A stretch of 64,000 nt of DNA, from contig CAXXUO010000009.1 of NCBI GenBank assembly GCA_963666485.2, forward strand, positions 416,001 to 480,000, in the 5' to 3' direction. This stretch comes from Syntrophorhabdaceae bacterium (GTDB lineage: Bacteria; Desulfobacterota; Syntrophorhabdia; Syntrophorhabdales; Syntrophorhabdaceae). The notes under the pieces were generated by a model. It was not told where the DNA came from. It saw nothing but the letters and a program-made list of their open reading frames with translations, and did no database searches. Below, piece by piece: positions 9,044 through 23,251 of the stretch; the stretch's first letter is position 1, and every line of letters begins with the position of its first letter. Both the position numbers and the translations under genes were made by a program.

Positions 9044-11512
9044 TCATCCGGGGACATCTTTCATTTTCGCGATCCGTCCTTCAATTGCTGACGGCTGGCG
9101 CTGAAAGATGACGGATAATGTTTTGATATCGCCGGTCTCTTTATGGAGCCTGAAAAGCAGGTCGTCTTCTTCCCTGCTCCATGGCTCAAATGCCCTTTTA
9201 TATGTCAACCTGATCTTCTGAATCTCCGGGTCAAGCGTGTCATCATTCAGTATTACCATCGGAAGGCTGCTTATCTCATCTATGGCATCCCGCGTTGTTT
9301 CAGGAGACAGGACCCTGTCTATCACCGGCGTATCGGACTCCGTCTCGCTATTCACCATTACTCCGGAACTGTCGCTACTAACCTCAGATCCCTGACCATG
9401 TTCGTATGTTTTCATGGTGACGTGGGCCTTGTAAGCCCAGACGGTAGGCGGAGATACCCCGACTGTTTCAGCGATCTGGCTGGAATTTAATCTACCTTCT
9501 GCCAGCAGTCGCAATATCTCGGACTTCTTATCCTCTTTTGAATTGCAATCCAAATCAGTTCGTGAAGCAAGTACCGCTTTGCCTATGATTAACCCGGCTT
9601 GCCCGCCTGGCACATTCTCTTTCTTTTCGATATTGTGCGTTTTCTTGTACTCTCTTACGATCTCAAGGAACATCTCCCCGTACTGCTCCAGTCTTTTGGC
9701 CCCCACACCATAAATGCCTTGCATCTCATCGATCGAGTCGGGCAGCACGGTCGCCAATTCTTCCAGGGTGCGGTTATGAAAAATGACATAAGCCGGGAGA
9801 GAGTTCTTTTGGGCCAATTCCAGCCTGAATGATTTCAACTGCTCGAGGAGTTCCGCGTGGCACTCTCCCTGTACAAGCCTGGCGCCCGCATCACGATCGG
9901 GAGGTTTTGATTTTGCCATATTCTGCTTCACCGGGATAAGGGGGTCCTTGCGCAGCAGGAATTGTTCATCCCCCGACAGGATCGGTTTACATTTCCCTGT
10001 CAGTTTCAAGCCGCCATGGTTGGCCATATCTACCCTGAGAAACCTGTTGGCAACCAGCTGCCTGAATACCGACTTCCACTCGAATGCCGACAATTCTTTT
10101 CCGGTGCCGTAGACTGTTAGCGTATTGTGCCTGAAGTTCCTGATCCGCTCCGTGTCTTTCCCGAGAAGCACGTCGATAAGGTAGTTGGTGCCGAACATCT
10201 GGCCCGTCCTGTACGCGCATGTCAGCGCTTTCCTCGCGATGGCCGTCCCGTCGACGGTTTCCGTGCCGTTCATGCATATATCGCAATTGCCGCACGGCTC
10301 ATGCAGCGTTTCACCGAAATATGCCAGGAGCACCTCCCTCCTGCAATGGCCGCTTTCGCAATAACCGAGCATGGCTTCCATTTTTCTGTATTGGATCCGT
10401 TTAAACTCCTCGCTTCCCTGGGAGTCATCTATCATTTGCTGGAGCATGACGATATCCGCCATGTCGTATACCATCCACGCGTCGGCAGGCTCACCGTCGC
10501 GCCCGGCCCGGCCCGTCTCCTGGTAATAATTCTCGAGCGTTTTTGGAAGGTTCAGGTGCGCCACGAACCGTATGTCCGGCTTGTTGATCCCCATGCCGAA
10601 GGCTATTGTCGCGACCATGACGATCCCGTCGTTCCGCAGGAAACGCTCCTGGTTCTGCACACGGGCATCCCGCGTCAAACCGGCATGGTACGGGAAGGCG
10701 GTTATATCGTTGTCTCTCAGGAATTCAGCGATCTCCTCCGTCTTCTTACGCGTCATGCAGTACACGATGCCGGACTGCCCGGGATGTTCATTCTTCAGGA
10801 AATTCAACAACTGGACCTTTTCCTTGTTCTTCACCTCCACCCTGTACGTAATGTTCGGGCGGTCCAGCCCTGAAATGAAATGTTTGGCATCTTGAAAATG
10901 GAGTTTTTCAATGATGTCCCGGCGGGTGAATTCATCCGCCGTTGCCGTCAGGGCAATGCGGGGGATGTCCGGAAAAAGTTCGTACAGTTCACCGAGCCGG
11001 AGATATTCCGGCCTGAAGTCGTGGCCCCATTGCGACACGCAGTGGACCTCGTCTATGGCGAAGAGAGATATCTTCATATTTTTCAGTAAATTCAGGAACG
11101 GCCCGGTCATGAGCCTTTCCGGGGCAACATAGAGAAGGTCAAGGTCCCCGTTGATCGCTGCCCGTTGAATAGCATACGCTTCGTTGCCGGCCAGCATTGA
11201 ATTCAGGAAACCCGCCCGTATCCCCAGCTGCGTGACCGCGTCGACCTGGTCCTGCATGAGGGCGATCAACGGCGAGATCACGATGCATGTCCCCGGGGAC
11301 ATCAAGGCCGGGACCTGGTAGCAGATCGATTTGCCGCTTCCCGTGGGCATCAGCGCAAAAACGTCCCGGCCGGACATCAGGGATTGGATTATGTCTTCCT
11401 GGTACGACCGAAAAGCATCGTACCCGAAGTATTTTCTCAAAATAGTGAGGGGCAGAAGATTATCGCTTTGCATATCCATAAAGATCCGGAACCGGCCGTC
11501 CTTTCCCGTCAT
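9044..11512 (-). CDS. recQ: RecQ DNA helicase with HRDC domain and an extra C-terminal extension
   Basis: MPTGSGKSICYQ, DEVHCVSQWGHDFRPEY, ALTATA, ATIAFGMGINKPD, YYQETGRAGRDG, Zn site CRR...CGNCDIC, HRDC LPAYVIFHNRTL; exact start uncertain. Confidence 0.95.
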   Translation of the reverse strand: MTGKDGRFRIFMDMQSDNLLPLTILRKYFGYDAFRSYQEDIIQSLMSGRDVFALMPTGSGKSICYQVPALMSPGTCIVISPLIALMQDQVDAVTQLGIRAGFLNSMLAGNEAYAIQRAAINGDLDLLYVAPERLMTGPFLNLLKNMKISLFAIDEVHCVSQWGHDFRPEYLRLGELYELFPDIPRIALTATADEFTRRDIIEKLHFQDAKHFISGLDRPNITYRVEVKNKEKVQLLNFLKNEHPGQSGIVYCMTRKKTEEIAEFLRDNDITAFPYHAGLTRDARVQNQERFLRNDGIVMVATIAFGMGINKPDIRFVAHLNLPKTLENYYQETGRAGRDGEPADAWMVYDMADIVMLQQMIDDSQGSEEFKRIQYRKMEAMLGYCESGHCRREVLLAYFGETLHEPCGNCDICMNGTETVDGTAIARKALTCAYRTGQMFGTNYLIDVLLGKDTERIRNFRHNTLTVYGTGKELSAFEWKSVFRQLVANRFLRVDMANHGGLKLTGKCKPILSGDEQFLLRKDPLIPVKQNMAKSKPPDRDAGARLVQGECHAELLEQLKSFRLELAQKNSLPAYVIFHNRTLEELATVLPDSIDEMQGIYGVGAKRLEQYGEMFLEIVREYKKTHNIEKKENVPGGQAGLIIGKAVLASRTDLDCNSKEDKKSEILRLLAEGRLNSSQIAETVGVSPPTVWAYKAHVTMKTYEHGQGSEVSSDSSGVMVNSETESDTPVIDRVLSPETTRDAIDEISSLPMVILNDDTLDPEIQKIRLTYKRAFEPWSREEDDLLFRLHKETGDIKTLSVIFQRQPSAIEGRIAKMKDVPG

Positions 11513-11655
11513 GTACGGTAATTTGTAAGAAAGATGGATTTACTTTTCCTAATCTACGCATAACGACGGAACTTTCGCAAGAAAACTGAATATGAATTTT
11601 GTTCGTTCGCAATGAATTAATTTCGGCCACCCAAGCAGGCGGCGTGGTTTCCCCG

Positions 11656-13503
11656 TTACGTCTTTGATGACTGCAAGGCTTTTGACAGGCTGCGGATCAG
11701 CGGCGTCTCTTTCATGTAGGGAATAAACAGGTTGTACCGCGCCCGGGTGAGGCCGACATATGTCAGGTTCCTGATATGTTCAGCCGCCATTTTTTGTTCG
11801 GTTAATTGATCGAGCCCGACGAGAAATACACAGGCATAGTCGAGGCCTTTCGCGCTGTAGATCGTCGATATGGTCACACTGTTGGTGGTGATGTCATACG
11901 ATCTCTTTGACCTGTAATCTTCAGAGGCCCACTCAGACATTATTCCCCGCATATCGAGCGCGCCGGTCAATTCGTGTACCAGGTTCGTGTCCCGGCCGTC
12001 CAATGTTACATTTTTGGAAACATAGAGAATGGCGATCTCGGAAAATGAAAAGCCCTCCTTCATCGTAAGCGATTCAATTTTATTGGCGATGTAGGTTATT
12101 AAATCGGAAGGGCCTTTGAGCTTTTTTATAACGGGTTTTGGCCCATGGGATTCAAGCAGATCAGGCGCGAAAAGCATTTCCGGGGTATTTTCACAAATCA
12201 CCGGTTCTGCGCAATCCATCATGAACGACCTGACAAATTCGGTGATCTCCTTCGTGTTGCGATATACCGCGGTCAGATTCCTGACTTTGCCCAGCTTGAG
12301 AATGCCGGCGCCCTTGTTCCGGTAGATGATCTGTGACGGGTCTATTGCGATCGTCAGGCTGTCGGTAGCCGGGTTGAGAAGGCCCAGAAGGACCCTGTAC
12401 ATGTCTTCGTTGAAATCCTGACCTTCGTCTACCAGGATCGCATCGTATTTCAGGCTCGTTTCCGGTATCTTGTCAAGCGTCAACTGAACGACCGTATCGT
12501 AATAATCCGACTCCTCTTTTTCATAATGGACCGTTTCTCCGGTTATCCTGGCGCACAATTCAAAGAAGTGGTACACCTCTACGCCCTGAGGGCCCATGGA
12601 GACATGTTTCTCTGCGAGAAGCCTTTTTATGTAATGTGCCAGCGTGATGTTGAAGCAAACAAAAAGGATCGACTTTATGGCCGGGTTATACTTCTTCAGG
12701 AAGACCGCCTTATGGATCAGGACGAGCGTCTTGCCGCTGCCGGACGGGCCGGATATGATGCGGTGTCCCGGGTCAAACTGGCGGGCAAGCGTCTCCTGAC
12801 GGTGGTCCAGCATGGCAACGTATTCGACATGTTTCTGATATTTCTCCGAAGGCCCCCGGAACGGCAGAACGATCTTTACCGATGGGAAAATAAGGTATTT
12901 GAGATGTTCGATATCGGCCGCGGTCAGGGACACGTGAAATATCGGGGTGAACATCCGGGCGATGGCGCTGGTAAATTCAGTGCCCGATGTGTCCTCGCAT
13001 ATCGGGGAATATGTGCTCAGGTCGCCTTCGAAAAATATCTTGTTTGACGATATTACCCCGCGAAGCTTTTCTTCAAAATCATCTCTGAAAATATTCGGAA
13101 AGACGACCCCGCGGTCCAAAGGGATTTTTGGCTTTCCGGAATATTCCGGATCGGCCGATACAAGCCTCCTGTCACCTTTGATCTTATCCATCAAGCTATT
13201 GATGTACCGTTTTGCCTGTTTGTAGGGATTGGTCCTTTTTTCAACGTGGTTGCCATTGACGATGCTGAAATGTTCCGAATCCGCCCCTTCGATCTGGTCT
13301 ATAACCCAGTCTTTCACTTCGAAAATTATCAGACCTACATCCGGGGAAAAAAGGATGAAATCCGGCTCGTTGTCATTTATCTCGGGAGTATACCAAACAA
13401 TGTAGCGACTGTCGGGCTTGGCATATAATCGAAGAAAATTATAGAAAGTCTCTTCGCCCGGCGTGTTGAACTGCTCAATATCGGAGGGGATCATAAGCGC
13501 CAT
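11656..13503 (-). CDS. NERD nuclease domain fused to a UvrD-like SF1 helicase
   Basis: EPDFIL...FEVKDW...NPYKQA; GPSGSGKT, VDEGQD, STIYSAKGLD, YVGLTRAR. Confidence 0.85.
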   Translation of the reverse strand: MALMIPSDIEQFNTPGEETFYNFLRLYAKPDSRYIVWYTPEINDNEPDFILFSPDVGLIIFEVKDWVIDQIEGADSEHFSIVNGNHVEKRTNPYKQAKRYINSLMDKIKGDRRLVSADPEYSGKPKIPLDRGVVFPNIFRDDFEEKLRGVISSNKIFFEGDLSTYSPICEDTSGTEFTSAIARMFTPIFHVSLTAADIEHLKYLIFPSVKIVLPFRGPSEKYQKHVEYVAMLDHRQETLARQFDPGHRIISGPSGSGKTLVLIHKAVFLKKYNPAIKSILFVCFNITLAHYIKRLLAEKHVSMGPQGVEVYHFFELCARITGETVHYEKEESDYYDTVVQLTLDKIPETSLKYDAILVDEGQDFNEDMYRVLLGLLNPATDSLTIAIDPSQIIYRNKGAGILKLGKVRNLTAVYRNTKEITEFVRSFMMDCAEPVICENTPEMLFAPDLLESHGPKPVIKKLKGPSDLITYIANKIESLTMKEGFSFSEIAILYVSKNVTLDGRDTNLVHELTGALDMRGIMSEWASEDYRSKRSYDITTNSVTISTIYSAKGLDYACVFLVGLDQLTEQKMAAEHIRNLTYVGLTRARYNLFIPYMKETPLIRSLSKALQSSKT

Positions 13504-13521
13504 GAAATAGCCTCGCTATTT

Positions 13522-16500
13522 TTATTGTGCCCTGTATATCGTCAAATCACAACTGTTTCCGCCACGCAGGAAATTCAAAGTAATTTCGGTCTTTTCTCCG
13601 CGGCGGGTGCAGAAATCGAGGAGCGCGTGCATGTGTTCCAGGCCTTTCACCGCCTCCGGGTTCTGGAGGACGTCGAATGAAGGTTCGAGAAGGGGGCGGG
13701 GGAGGAAGACGATGCATTTTGACCGGGCGCGGCTCACGGACACGTTGATGCGGTTGAGGCTGTAAATGAACTCCGCCTCGCCCAGCGCCGTCTCGACATC
13801 GCTCACCCCGTAGCTGACAATGACGCAGTAGCTTTGCTGTCCCTGCATCTTATCCACGGTATCGACGAAGGACGGGCTTTCCCATCGCCGGGCCAGGGAG
13901 AGTTCATGCCGGATAGCGCGGATCTGCGCGTGGTGGGGACTGACGATGAAGAGCCCCCTGCGCCAGAATTCGGTGTCGCCGTCCCGGGTATCAGCATAGG
14001 CAGTGCCCGTATCGGGATTTATGAGACGCTCGCGAAGGTATTGAGTTATTTTGGCGACGAGCTCGGCCTCCGCCTGGTTCTCGACCGTCGCCCGGATACC
14101 CTCGAGGATGCACAGTGTCATGGGGTATTCGGGGGCAGTGATCCATTCGCAGAGTTTTTTCTCGTCGGGAGTTAAACCTCGTACGGGTTTATCACGCAAC
14201 GCCGCGCGCTGCACTTTTATGGACCCGGTGGCAGGCTGATACTCCGGGCCGTACAGTGTTTCGGCCGGGAAATCCGAGAGCGTCTGGTTCATGCGCCAGT
14301 TATCGGTCAATTGCTGCGTATACGGCTTCTCCCCGTCGTCGCGCGCGCGAAGATAGGCGAAGATCGAGCTGTCAAGGCCCGGCAGCCCGTCTTCCGGTTC
14401 GGGGTAGACGCCTTTCATGATGGGCGGCAGCTGGAGGTCGTCGCCGGCAAGGACCAGCTTTCCTCGCGGGGCAAGGACCTTCAGTGCCATAGCCAGCTCG
14501 CCGAACTTCATCTGTGATGCCTCGTCGACGACGAGCAGAGGGAAATCCCCCGTGATCTTCGTCTTGAACAGGCTGTATACGGTCCCGCCGATGACGCACA
14601 CATCGCTTGAAATGTCTGCCGCCTGGACCTCGGGAATGGAGTCGATATCTTCAGCCCGTGAGGTCGCGATGTGTTTCAGCTTGAAGATATCCGGGCCGCC
14701 TTCGATACCGAAGAGGGCCGCGTGGTCGCGGATCTCGACAAGCAGGTTCTCGACCGCCGCGTGCGTGAACGCGGTCACCGCTGCCCGAAAGGGCTTCCCG
14801 CTGTCTTGCGCAGCCTTTGCCATGCTGAGGACCGCCTTGGCGAGAAAATGCGTCTTGCCCGTGCCGGGAGGGCCCCAGATAAGTGTAAGCCTGTTCTTCA
14901 GCACATGGTTGAACGCCGATTCCTGGCTCCGGGTGAAGCCGGCGGCGGACCCGGCAACCCTCAGCGAGCGTACGGCATTGTCGCTGAGAAGGGATGTTTC
15001 ATGCGCAAATTGGTGCGGCGTCCTGATGAGCGAAAGGAAATCCCTGTCACCCGAGCGGTCCAATTCGCCGAGGTTGCCGATTATCCTGTCGACATTGGCA
15101 TCCGTGAACCGCGGATGCAGAACGGCCTCGTGGCCGCGCTCAAGCCGGGAATGCCTTTTGGACTCTTTGAGATCGAGGGAAAGATGGGTGACCTTGCCCG
15201 TCTGCGGATCGATCTGACGCCCTGTTATCCGGGCGAGCCGGACATTGTCGTCGGCGGGCGACCAAAAAGCCTTTCTGTGCCTGTAATCGTCGTATCCCAT
15301 CTGGGAGCGTTCCCCATTTCGTCCCGCGGGGACGAGAATGAACGAGAAGAAGTCACCGGCCTCCTCGATAACGCTGGCATCGAGGTCCGACTCCACCTGC
15401 CAGCTGTCAAAACCCTGTTTCTTGAGCGGTATGCTTGTCCCTTCCCTGACCCTTTCCGGCCATGGCAGCCCGCGCTGCTCACGGACATCGAGGGCGCCAA
15501 GGAGTGATTCATACCGCGCTATGAACGCGAGGCGGGACAACTCCGGGTTCACGAAATCAAGCGGGTCGGGGAATTTGAACTTCGTCGGCCACGCCAGCAG
15601 GCAATCCTGCACCTTTTCCCTCAAACCGTCAAGGACGAGCCCCGTTGCGTACAGGCGACGCGAGATCTCGCTCCGTATCCAGTCGAGGGCCTCCAGCCTG
15701 TTCTTCGTCCATGCGAGGAATATCGGGTCGCTCTTGAGGACGTTGCTGAGCTCGAACCAGAACATCTTGTTCGGCTCCAGCGTGTAATCGGACGCCGAAG
15801 GCGGGAGGACCTTGAGGACGTCGGGCAGGCGAAGTGACAGAGGCACGGGAAGCGCCAGAAGCTGGCGGATGACGCTTGTCATCACGATAACGGGGAAAGG
15901 GACATCATCCCTCGGATGCTCGTCGGCCTCCGCAAGTGTGGTGTCCTGAAAATGGAACAGGAGCTGGACAGCTATCTCGGACAGCTCCGGATCGGTTAAC
16001 GATTCCTTCAGCAGCCGGTTGAACAGGCTCAGTTCATAGGTGTCAAAGACATAGCTCTGCATCGACTTCTGCCCGGCCCAATCGTCTTTGCCCTCATTGT
16101 ATGCGTGGAGCACGGAAAGCTCGCGGAAAAGCGCCTTGAGGAAATCTTTACGGACGGAATCGCAATCGTCCGGTCTTTTCGCCAGGAATATCTCCTCATG
16201 CATCCCGTCACCAAAGATGTCCTTGCCCTTCAGCCTCCTGAATGCCGCCGCATAGACCCTTCCGGTGACCGGGTCTTCCTGGATGGTCATAAAGATCGCC
16301 ACATTTTCCATGACGGGCAATGACACGGTAAAACCGCCGTGACACAACACCTCCCCGTTCTTCAGAGCGGAAACGGCGTTCCGCAAGCGGTCCCCTTTCG
16401 ACCTCAACGAGCCGCAGGCATCGAGGCACGCATCGGACGCATCCTCTTTGAGGAAATCCTCGAGATCGTCGAGCGTGTTTATCGGCTCCGTCCCGCCCCA

Positions 16501-17312
16501 GGGCACCTCCCGGAGGTATGTCCTGCCCCCGATCGACAGGTACGGGATGAGCGAGATCGACCCCTTCTCGTCCGCCTCTTTTCTGCAATGCTCATAAAAC
16601 TCACACCACTCACACCGGAAGAAGAGGTGCCAGGACAGCTCATCGATCGGCGCCGTCAGGACCTTTCCGAGCTTTTCCCGGAGGAAATCCTCGATGGTGA
16701 GAAGACTGAACCTGAGGTCAAACCATTCCGGTTCCGGGTCACCATAAAGCCAGACCCCGCCGGTCCCGAGATCGAGGGGCAGATCGAGCCCGTTTGCCCG
16801 GGCAACATCCCGCAGTATGAGCGTGTAGGTGGCGACCTGGATCCGGTGGGATACCTTGAGCTCGGTGCTCGCCTTGATATCGATGACCTTCAGACGTGCA
16901 TCCCCGTTGTCCCCATGCATCTGGACCAGGTCCGGCCGGCAGGGCGGGAACTCGCAGAGATCGGACGCAATGCCGTAGCGTTTCAGAAAGATGTCCGGGA
17001 TCTGGAGGGTCGGCTGGTAAATTGCCTCCCCCGGCCTCAATGCGGGCAGGATGGCGAGAGTCTCGCCGACATCGTGAGCCCTCTCATGGACCTTCCCTTT
17101 TCCCCTCGCGACCCTTACCCGGTCCTTCAGCCTTTTCTCGATTATCTCCCTTTCCCAGGTGAACCCGCCCTCAAGTATCGCGGCCCTGACCGGGCTCGTA
17201 TCCCACGGGATGTCGGGCACCCCGTCCGCTTTCCTGCGGTCCTTCGGGGTGGCGTGATACCGCAAGTACCTTTCGCATTCGTGGTAAAAATACCGGGCTA
17301 TTCTCGACGGGC

Positions 17313-17331
<19 letters not shown>
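13522..17331 (-). CDS. N-terminal RecB/Cas4-like PD-(D/E)XK nuclease fused to a DNA2/Upf1-like (SF1B) helicase
   Basis: ECERYL...RPDLV...IDIKAS...HRIQVATY...CEWCEFYEHC; GPPGTGKT, VDEASQ, GDDLQLPP, TVDKMQG, RINVSVSRAR; ATG at 17331 preceded by GGAG. Confidence 0.85.
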
Positions 17332-20063
<2,732 letters not shown>

Positions 20064-20295
20064 GATGACCCTGTTTCACTCATTTAAGTAATGAAGTATT
20101 GCCATCAGGACCTCCCCCGGGTCCCGCTCTAAGGCCAATAATAGCAATAAGTAAAACAAATACTGACAATACATTTTGTATCCCGTTGACACCGAAAGCG
20201 CAAGCAAAAAGACTGTACGCGGACTCCCTCCCCAAGCATCATCCCCAATCCAACCCATGCGAACCTGCTTTTCACGTGGAACGTGGAACGTTCTT

Positions 20296-20763
20296 TTACG
20301 ACACCTGCGCCGTCGGCATCACCTCGACAATGCCGTCTTCCGCGTAAAAATCGAACTCGGAAGACTTCCTCATTTCGTCATGGTCTCTGTGTATGTCGTC
20401 CATGAAGATACCGAAGGCCCTTTTTTCGTAGGAGGCCGCAAATACCGCGCACATGTTCAGGTTCGGCCTTTCCCCGTCGACATTCGTGTAGAAGGCGCTG
20501 ACAAGGGACCTTCTGCTGAAATCGTTGATTATTTTCAGATAATCAGAAGCATAGTTCACAGCATTTTGCCCCATGCAATATGCGATCGAAACGCCGACCC
20601 CGACGAACCTTTTGAAGACCCAGAGTGACGGCCTGTGGTGGTGAGTTGCATAGAGGCCATGTTCGTCATCCTCACTGCCCGTATACCTGACCTCATAGCC
20701 CAGGTATTCGAGGTGCGCCAAAAAATACTGAAATTCGTTCCCCTTCTCGTCCTTTTTCGCCAT
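20296..20763 (-). CDS. Hypothetical protein, possibly YbjN/type III chaperone-like fold
   Basis: 155 aa with good RBS; HLEYLGY start and INDFSRRS pattern loosely recall YbjN. Confidence 0.55.
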   Translation of the reverse strand: MAKKDEKGNEFQYFLAHLEYLGYEVRYTGSEDDEHGLYATHHHRPSLWVFKRFVGVGVSIAYCMGQNAVNYASDYLKIINDFSRRSLVSAFYTNVDGERPNLNMCAVFAASYEKRAFGIFMDDIHRDHDEMRKSSEFDFYAEDGIVEVMPTAQVS

Positions 20764-20793
20764 CTTCCCCCCCCTTTTTTCTGAGATACCAAT

Positions 20794-20826
20794 ATACTAT
20801 CACCGGCCGATGACAACACCATGTCA
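20794..20826 (-). promoter_or_regulatory. Putative WYL operator plus -10 box
   Basis: Minus strand TGACA-TGGTGT-TGTCA-N11-TAGTAT. Confidence 0.7.
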
Positions 20827-21035
20827 CCCCGCAAACCCCTGTATTTTCAGGCGCGGAAGCCGGCCTTTCCCCATCGTTGTCCCGGCGCCGGACCTTCAAT
20901 TCCGCGAAGATAAAAACGCGTCACCGCCGTACAGTAGCCAACCCCGAAAGCCGGGTAGAGATTAGCGGAAGCAAAAAACCGGGAATGTGGTATTCTTTTT
21001 AGAGTAGCTTGTTTAAAAAAGGGGGAGGATGAACA

Positions 21036-22293
21036 ATGAGGAGAAGAATCGTTAGTGTGCTTTTAGTCGTATTCCTTGTCGTCCTGACGGTTGTACTGCT
21101 CAAGGTCCTTCCGCTCGCGGCGCCTGCCGCCCAGGGCGGCAATTATGACCCTGCCGTATGGGGAAAGGAATTCCCCCTCGAGTACAAGAGCTACCTCAAG
21201 AATTTTGAAATGGCACCCTCGCCCACAGGCTTTGGGGGCAATGAGCAAATCCAGAAATCCGTCAAGGAACCGGAGCTGCTCGCCAACTTCAAGGGGATGC
21301 CGTTCAGCATTGACTATGCTTACCGCCGCGGGCACCCGTATGCCCTTACGGACCTCAAGGAATCGAAACGGGTCAATAAACAGACGCTCGGCGGCTGCAT
21401 GACCTGCAAATCGGCAGACCTTATCGATATCTACAAGGACATGGGGGACGGTTACGCAAAGACGCCGCTCACCGAGCTTATGCCGAGGATGAGCCATTCC
21501 ATCACGTGCGCCAACTGCCATGAGGAGAAGACCATGAAGCTGCGCGTGGTCGTTCCCGCGTTCCTGCAGGCGTTGGAAAGGAGAAAGATAGACATCAAGA
21601 AGGCCTCCCGCCAGGACATGCGGGCTTATGTCTGCGGCCAGTGCCATTCAACATACTTTATCGAGCCCCAGGGAAAACGGGTGGTATTCCCGTGGGACAA
21701 AGGGTTATCGCCCGAGGAGATGTATTCCTTTTACCAGACAAAGCCCTTCGGGTTCGAGCAGGATTGGGTGCACCCGGTTTCCAAGGTCAAGGCACTCAAG
21801 GCGCGGCACCCCGATTACGAGACATGGAGCACCGGGGACCCACGGGCTTTCCGGGGTCACCTGCGTCGATTGCCACATGCCCCGTATGAAGGAAGGGGAT
21901 AAGACATACACGTCCCACTGGGTGACGAGCCCCATGAAAAGGATCGAGGATTCGTGCGGCCCCTGCCACAATCAGAGCAGCAAGTGGCTCCTCACCCGGG
22001 TCAAAACGATCCAGGGAAATACTTTCCAGCTTCAGCGGATCGCAGGGCAGACCATCGCGAGGGCGCATGACGTTATAGGAAAGGTCTCCCAGGTCAAAAA
22101 TGTGGATCCGGCGCAACTCGACCAGTCGAGGGAAATGCTCCGGAAGGCCCAGATCTTCTGGGACCTTGTAGCAGCGGAAAACGGGGTCGGCTTTCACAAT
22201 TCGTCCCAGTGCGAGAATACGTTAGGCCAGGCAATCGATCTCGCCCACAGGTCCATCGCCACCGCGAACAGGGCTGCAGGGACAAACTTCTGA
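21036..22293 (+). pseudogene. nrfA: Pentaheme cytochrome c nitrite reductase NrfA, split by a 1-nt frameshift (real or sequencing error)
   Basis: CMTCK (Lys-ligated heme), CANCH, CGQCH, ARHPDYE in one frame; CVDCHMP, CGPCH, AENGVGFHN in a second frame; switch at the GGGG run 21834-21837. Confidence 0.85.
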
Positions 22294-22561
22294 GCATGTT
22301 TTCCGTGAGGCCGAAAAGGAACCCGTCCAGCTGCCTGCGCATCTGCCGGGTGGTTTCCCTGATCGGCGAATATTCCCGGCCCTGAGGAAGTGACGCGAAC
22401 CCGTACTCCTGAGATCATAGCCTGTCACAGGCACGCCGGCCTACCTCCTGCAAGCCGTCCGCTGTTCCCCATCTTTCCTGTGGCGGATTACCGCAAAAAG
22501 TGTTAGTACATACGAACAGGATGCACATCACTACACTATCCAACAGAAAAGGAGATGCGCT

Positions 22562-23050
22562 ATGAAACTCGTCACGATCCTTGTTTTACTCATCGCCGTG
22601 TTCCTCGTCACACCGGCCTTCGCACAGAATGCCCCCGCCGCGGACAAACCGGCGGACAATATGGAGCTTCTCAAGGCCAAGATCAAAGCAGACAAAAAAT
22701 TTATCGTAGGTCAGAACATGGAGCTCACCGAGGCCGAGGCGAAGAATTTCTGGCCGGTTTACGAAGCATACCAGAAAGACCTGGACGCCCTTGATAAGAG
22801 GGTCGGGGCCATGATCAAATCCTATGCCGACGCCTGGAACGCGAAGACCATGGACAACGTAAAGGCAAAAAAGATGATTGATGAGATGCTGGCCATCAAG
22901 GCAGACGACGTGAAGCTGATGAAATCCTACGTGCCGAAACTCAGCAAGGTATTGCCGGCCCTGAAGGTTGCCCGCTACCTGCAGATCGAGAACAAGATCC
23001 GCGCGATCAGCAATTATGAACTGGCCGGAGCAGTGCCTCTTATCCCCTGA
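22562..23050 (+). CDS. Exported helical hypothetical protein
   Basis: Signal peptide ending AFA; LTEAEAKNFWPVYEAY; GGAG RBS. Confidence 0.75.
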   Translation: MKLVTILVLLIAVFLVTPAFAQNAPAADKPADNMELLKAKIKADKKFIVGQNMELTEAEAKNFWPVYEAYQKDLDALDKRVGAMIKSYADAWNAKTMDNVKAKKMIDEMLAIKADDVKLMKSYVPKLSKVLPALKVARYLQIENKIRAISNYELAGAVPLIP

Positions 23051-23073
23051 TCACCCGAACGTATAGATAAAAC

Positions 23074-23098
23074 GGGCCCTCACATCACATGAGGGCCC
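23074..23098. terminator. Hairpin, probable terminator
   Basis: GGGCCCTCA / TGAGGGCCC inverted repeat just after the stop. Confidence 0.5.
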
Positions 23099-23251
23099 AT
23101 CTACGCTTTTCACTCGCTAGCAGACCCATCCCGCGGGCCCGAACACAATGCTATCGTTCCCATAATACTTCATTTGACAGGTTTATGTATCTAATATAAC
23201 ATTGATAATGATCTTATATATCTCTGGCTGAATGGCGCCTTTGGGGGAGAG

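Noticed and set aside
23175..23190. TGACA-N6-TGTAT near-match to the WYL motif
   Set aside because: Right half-site is broken and there is no -10 box at 11 nt; more likely an ordinary TTGACA -35.
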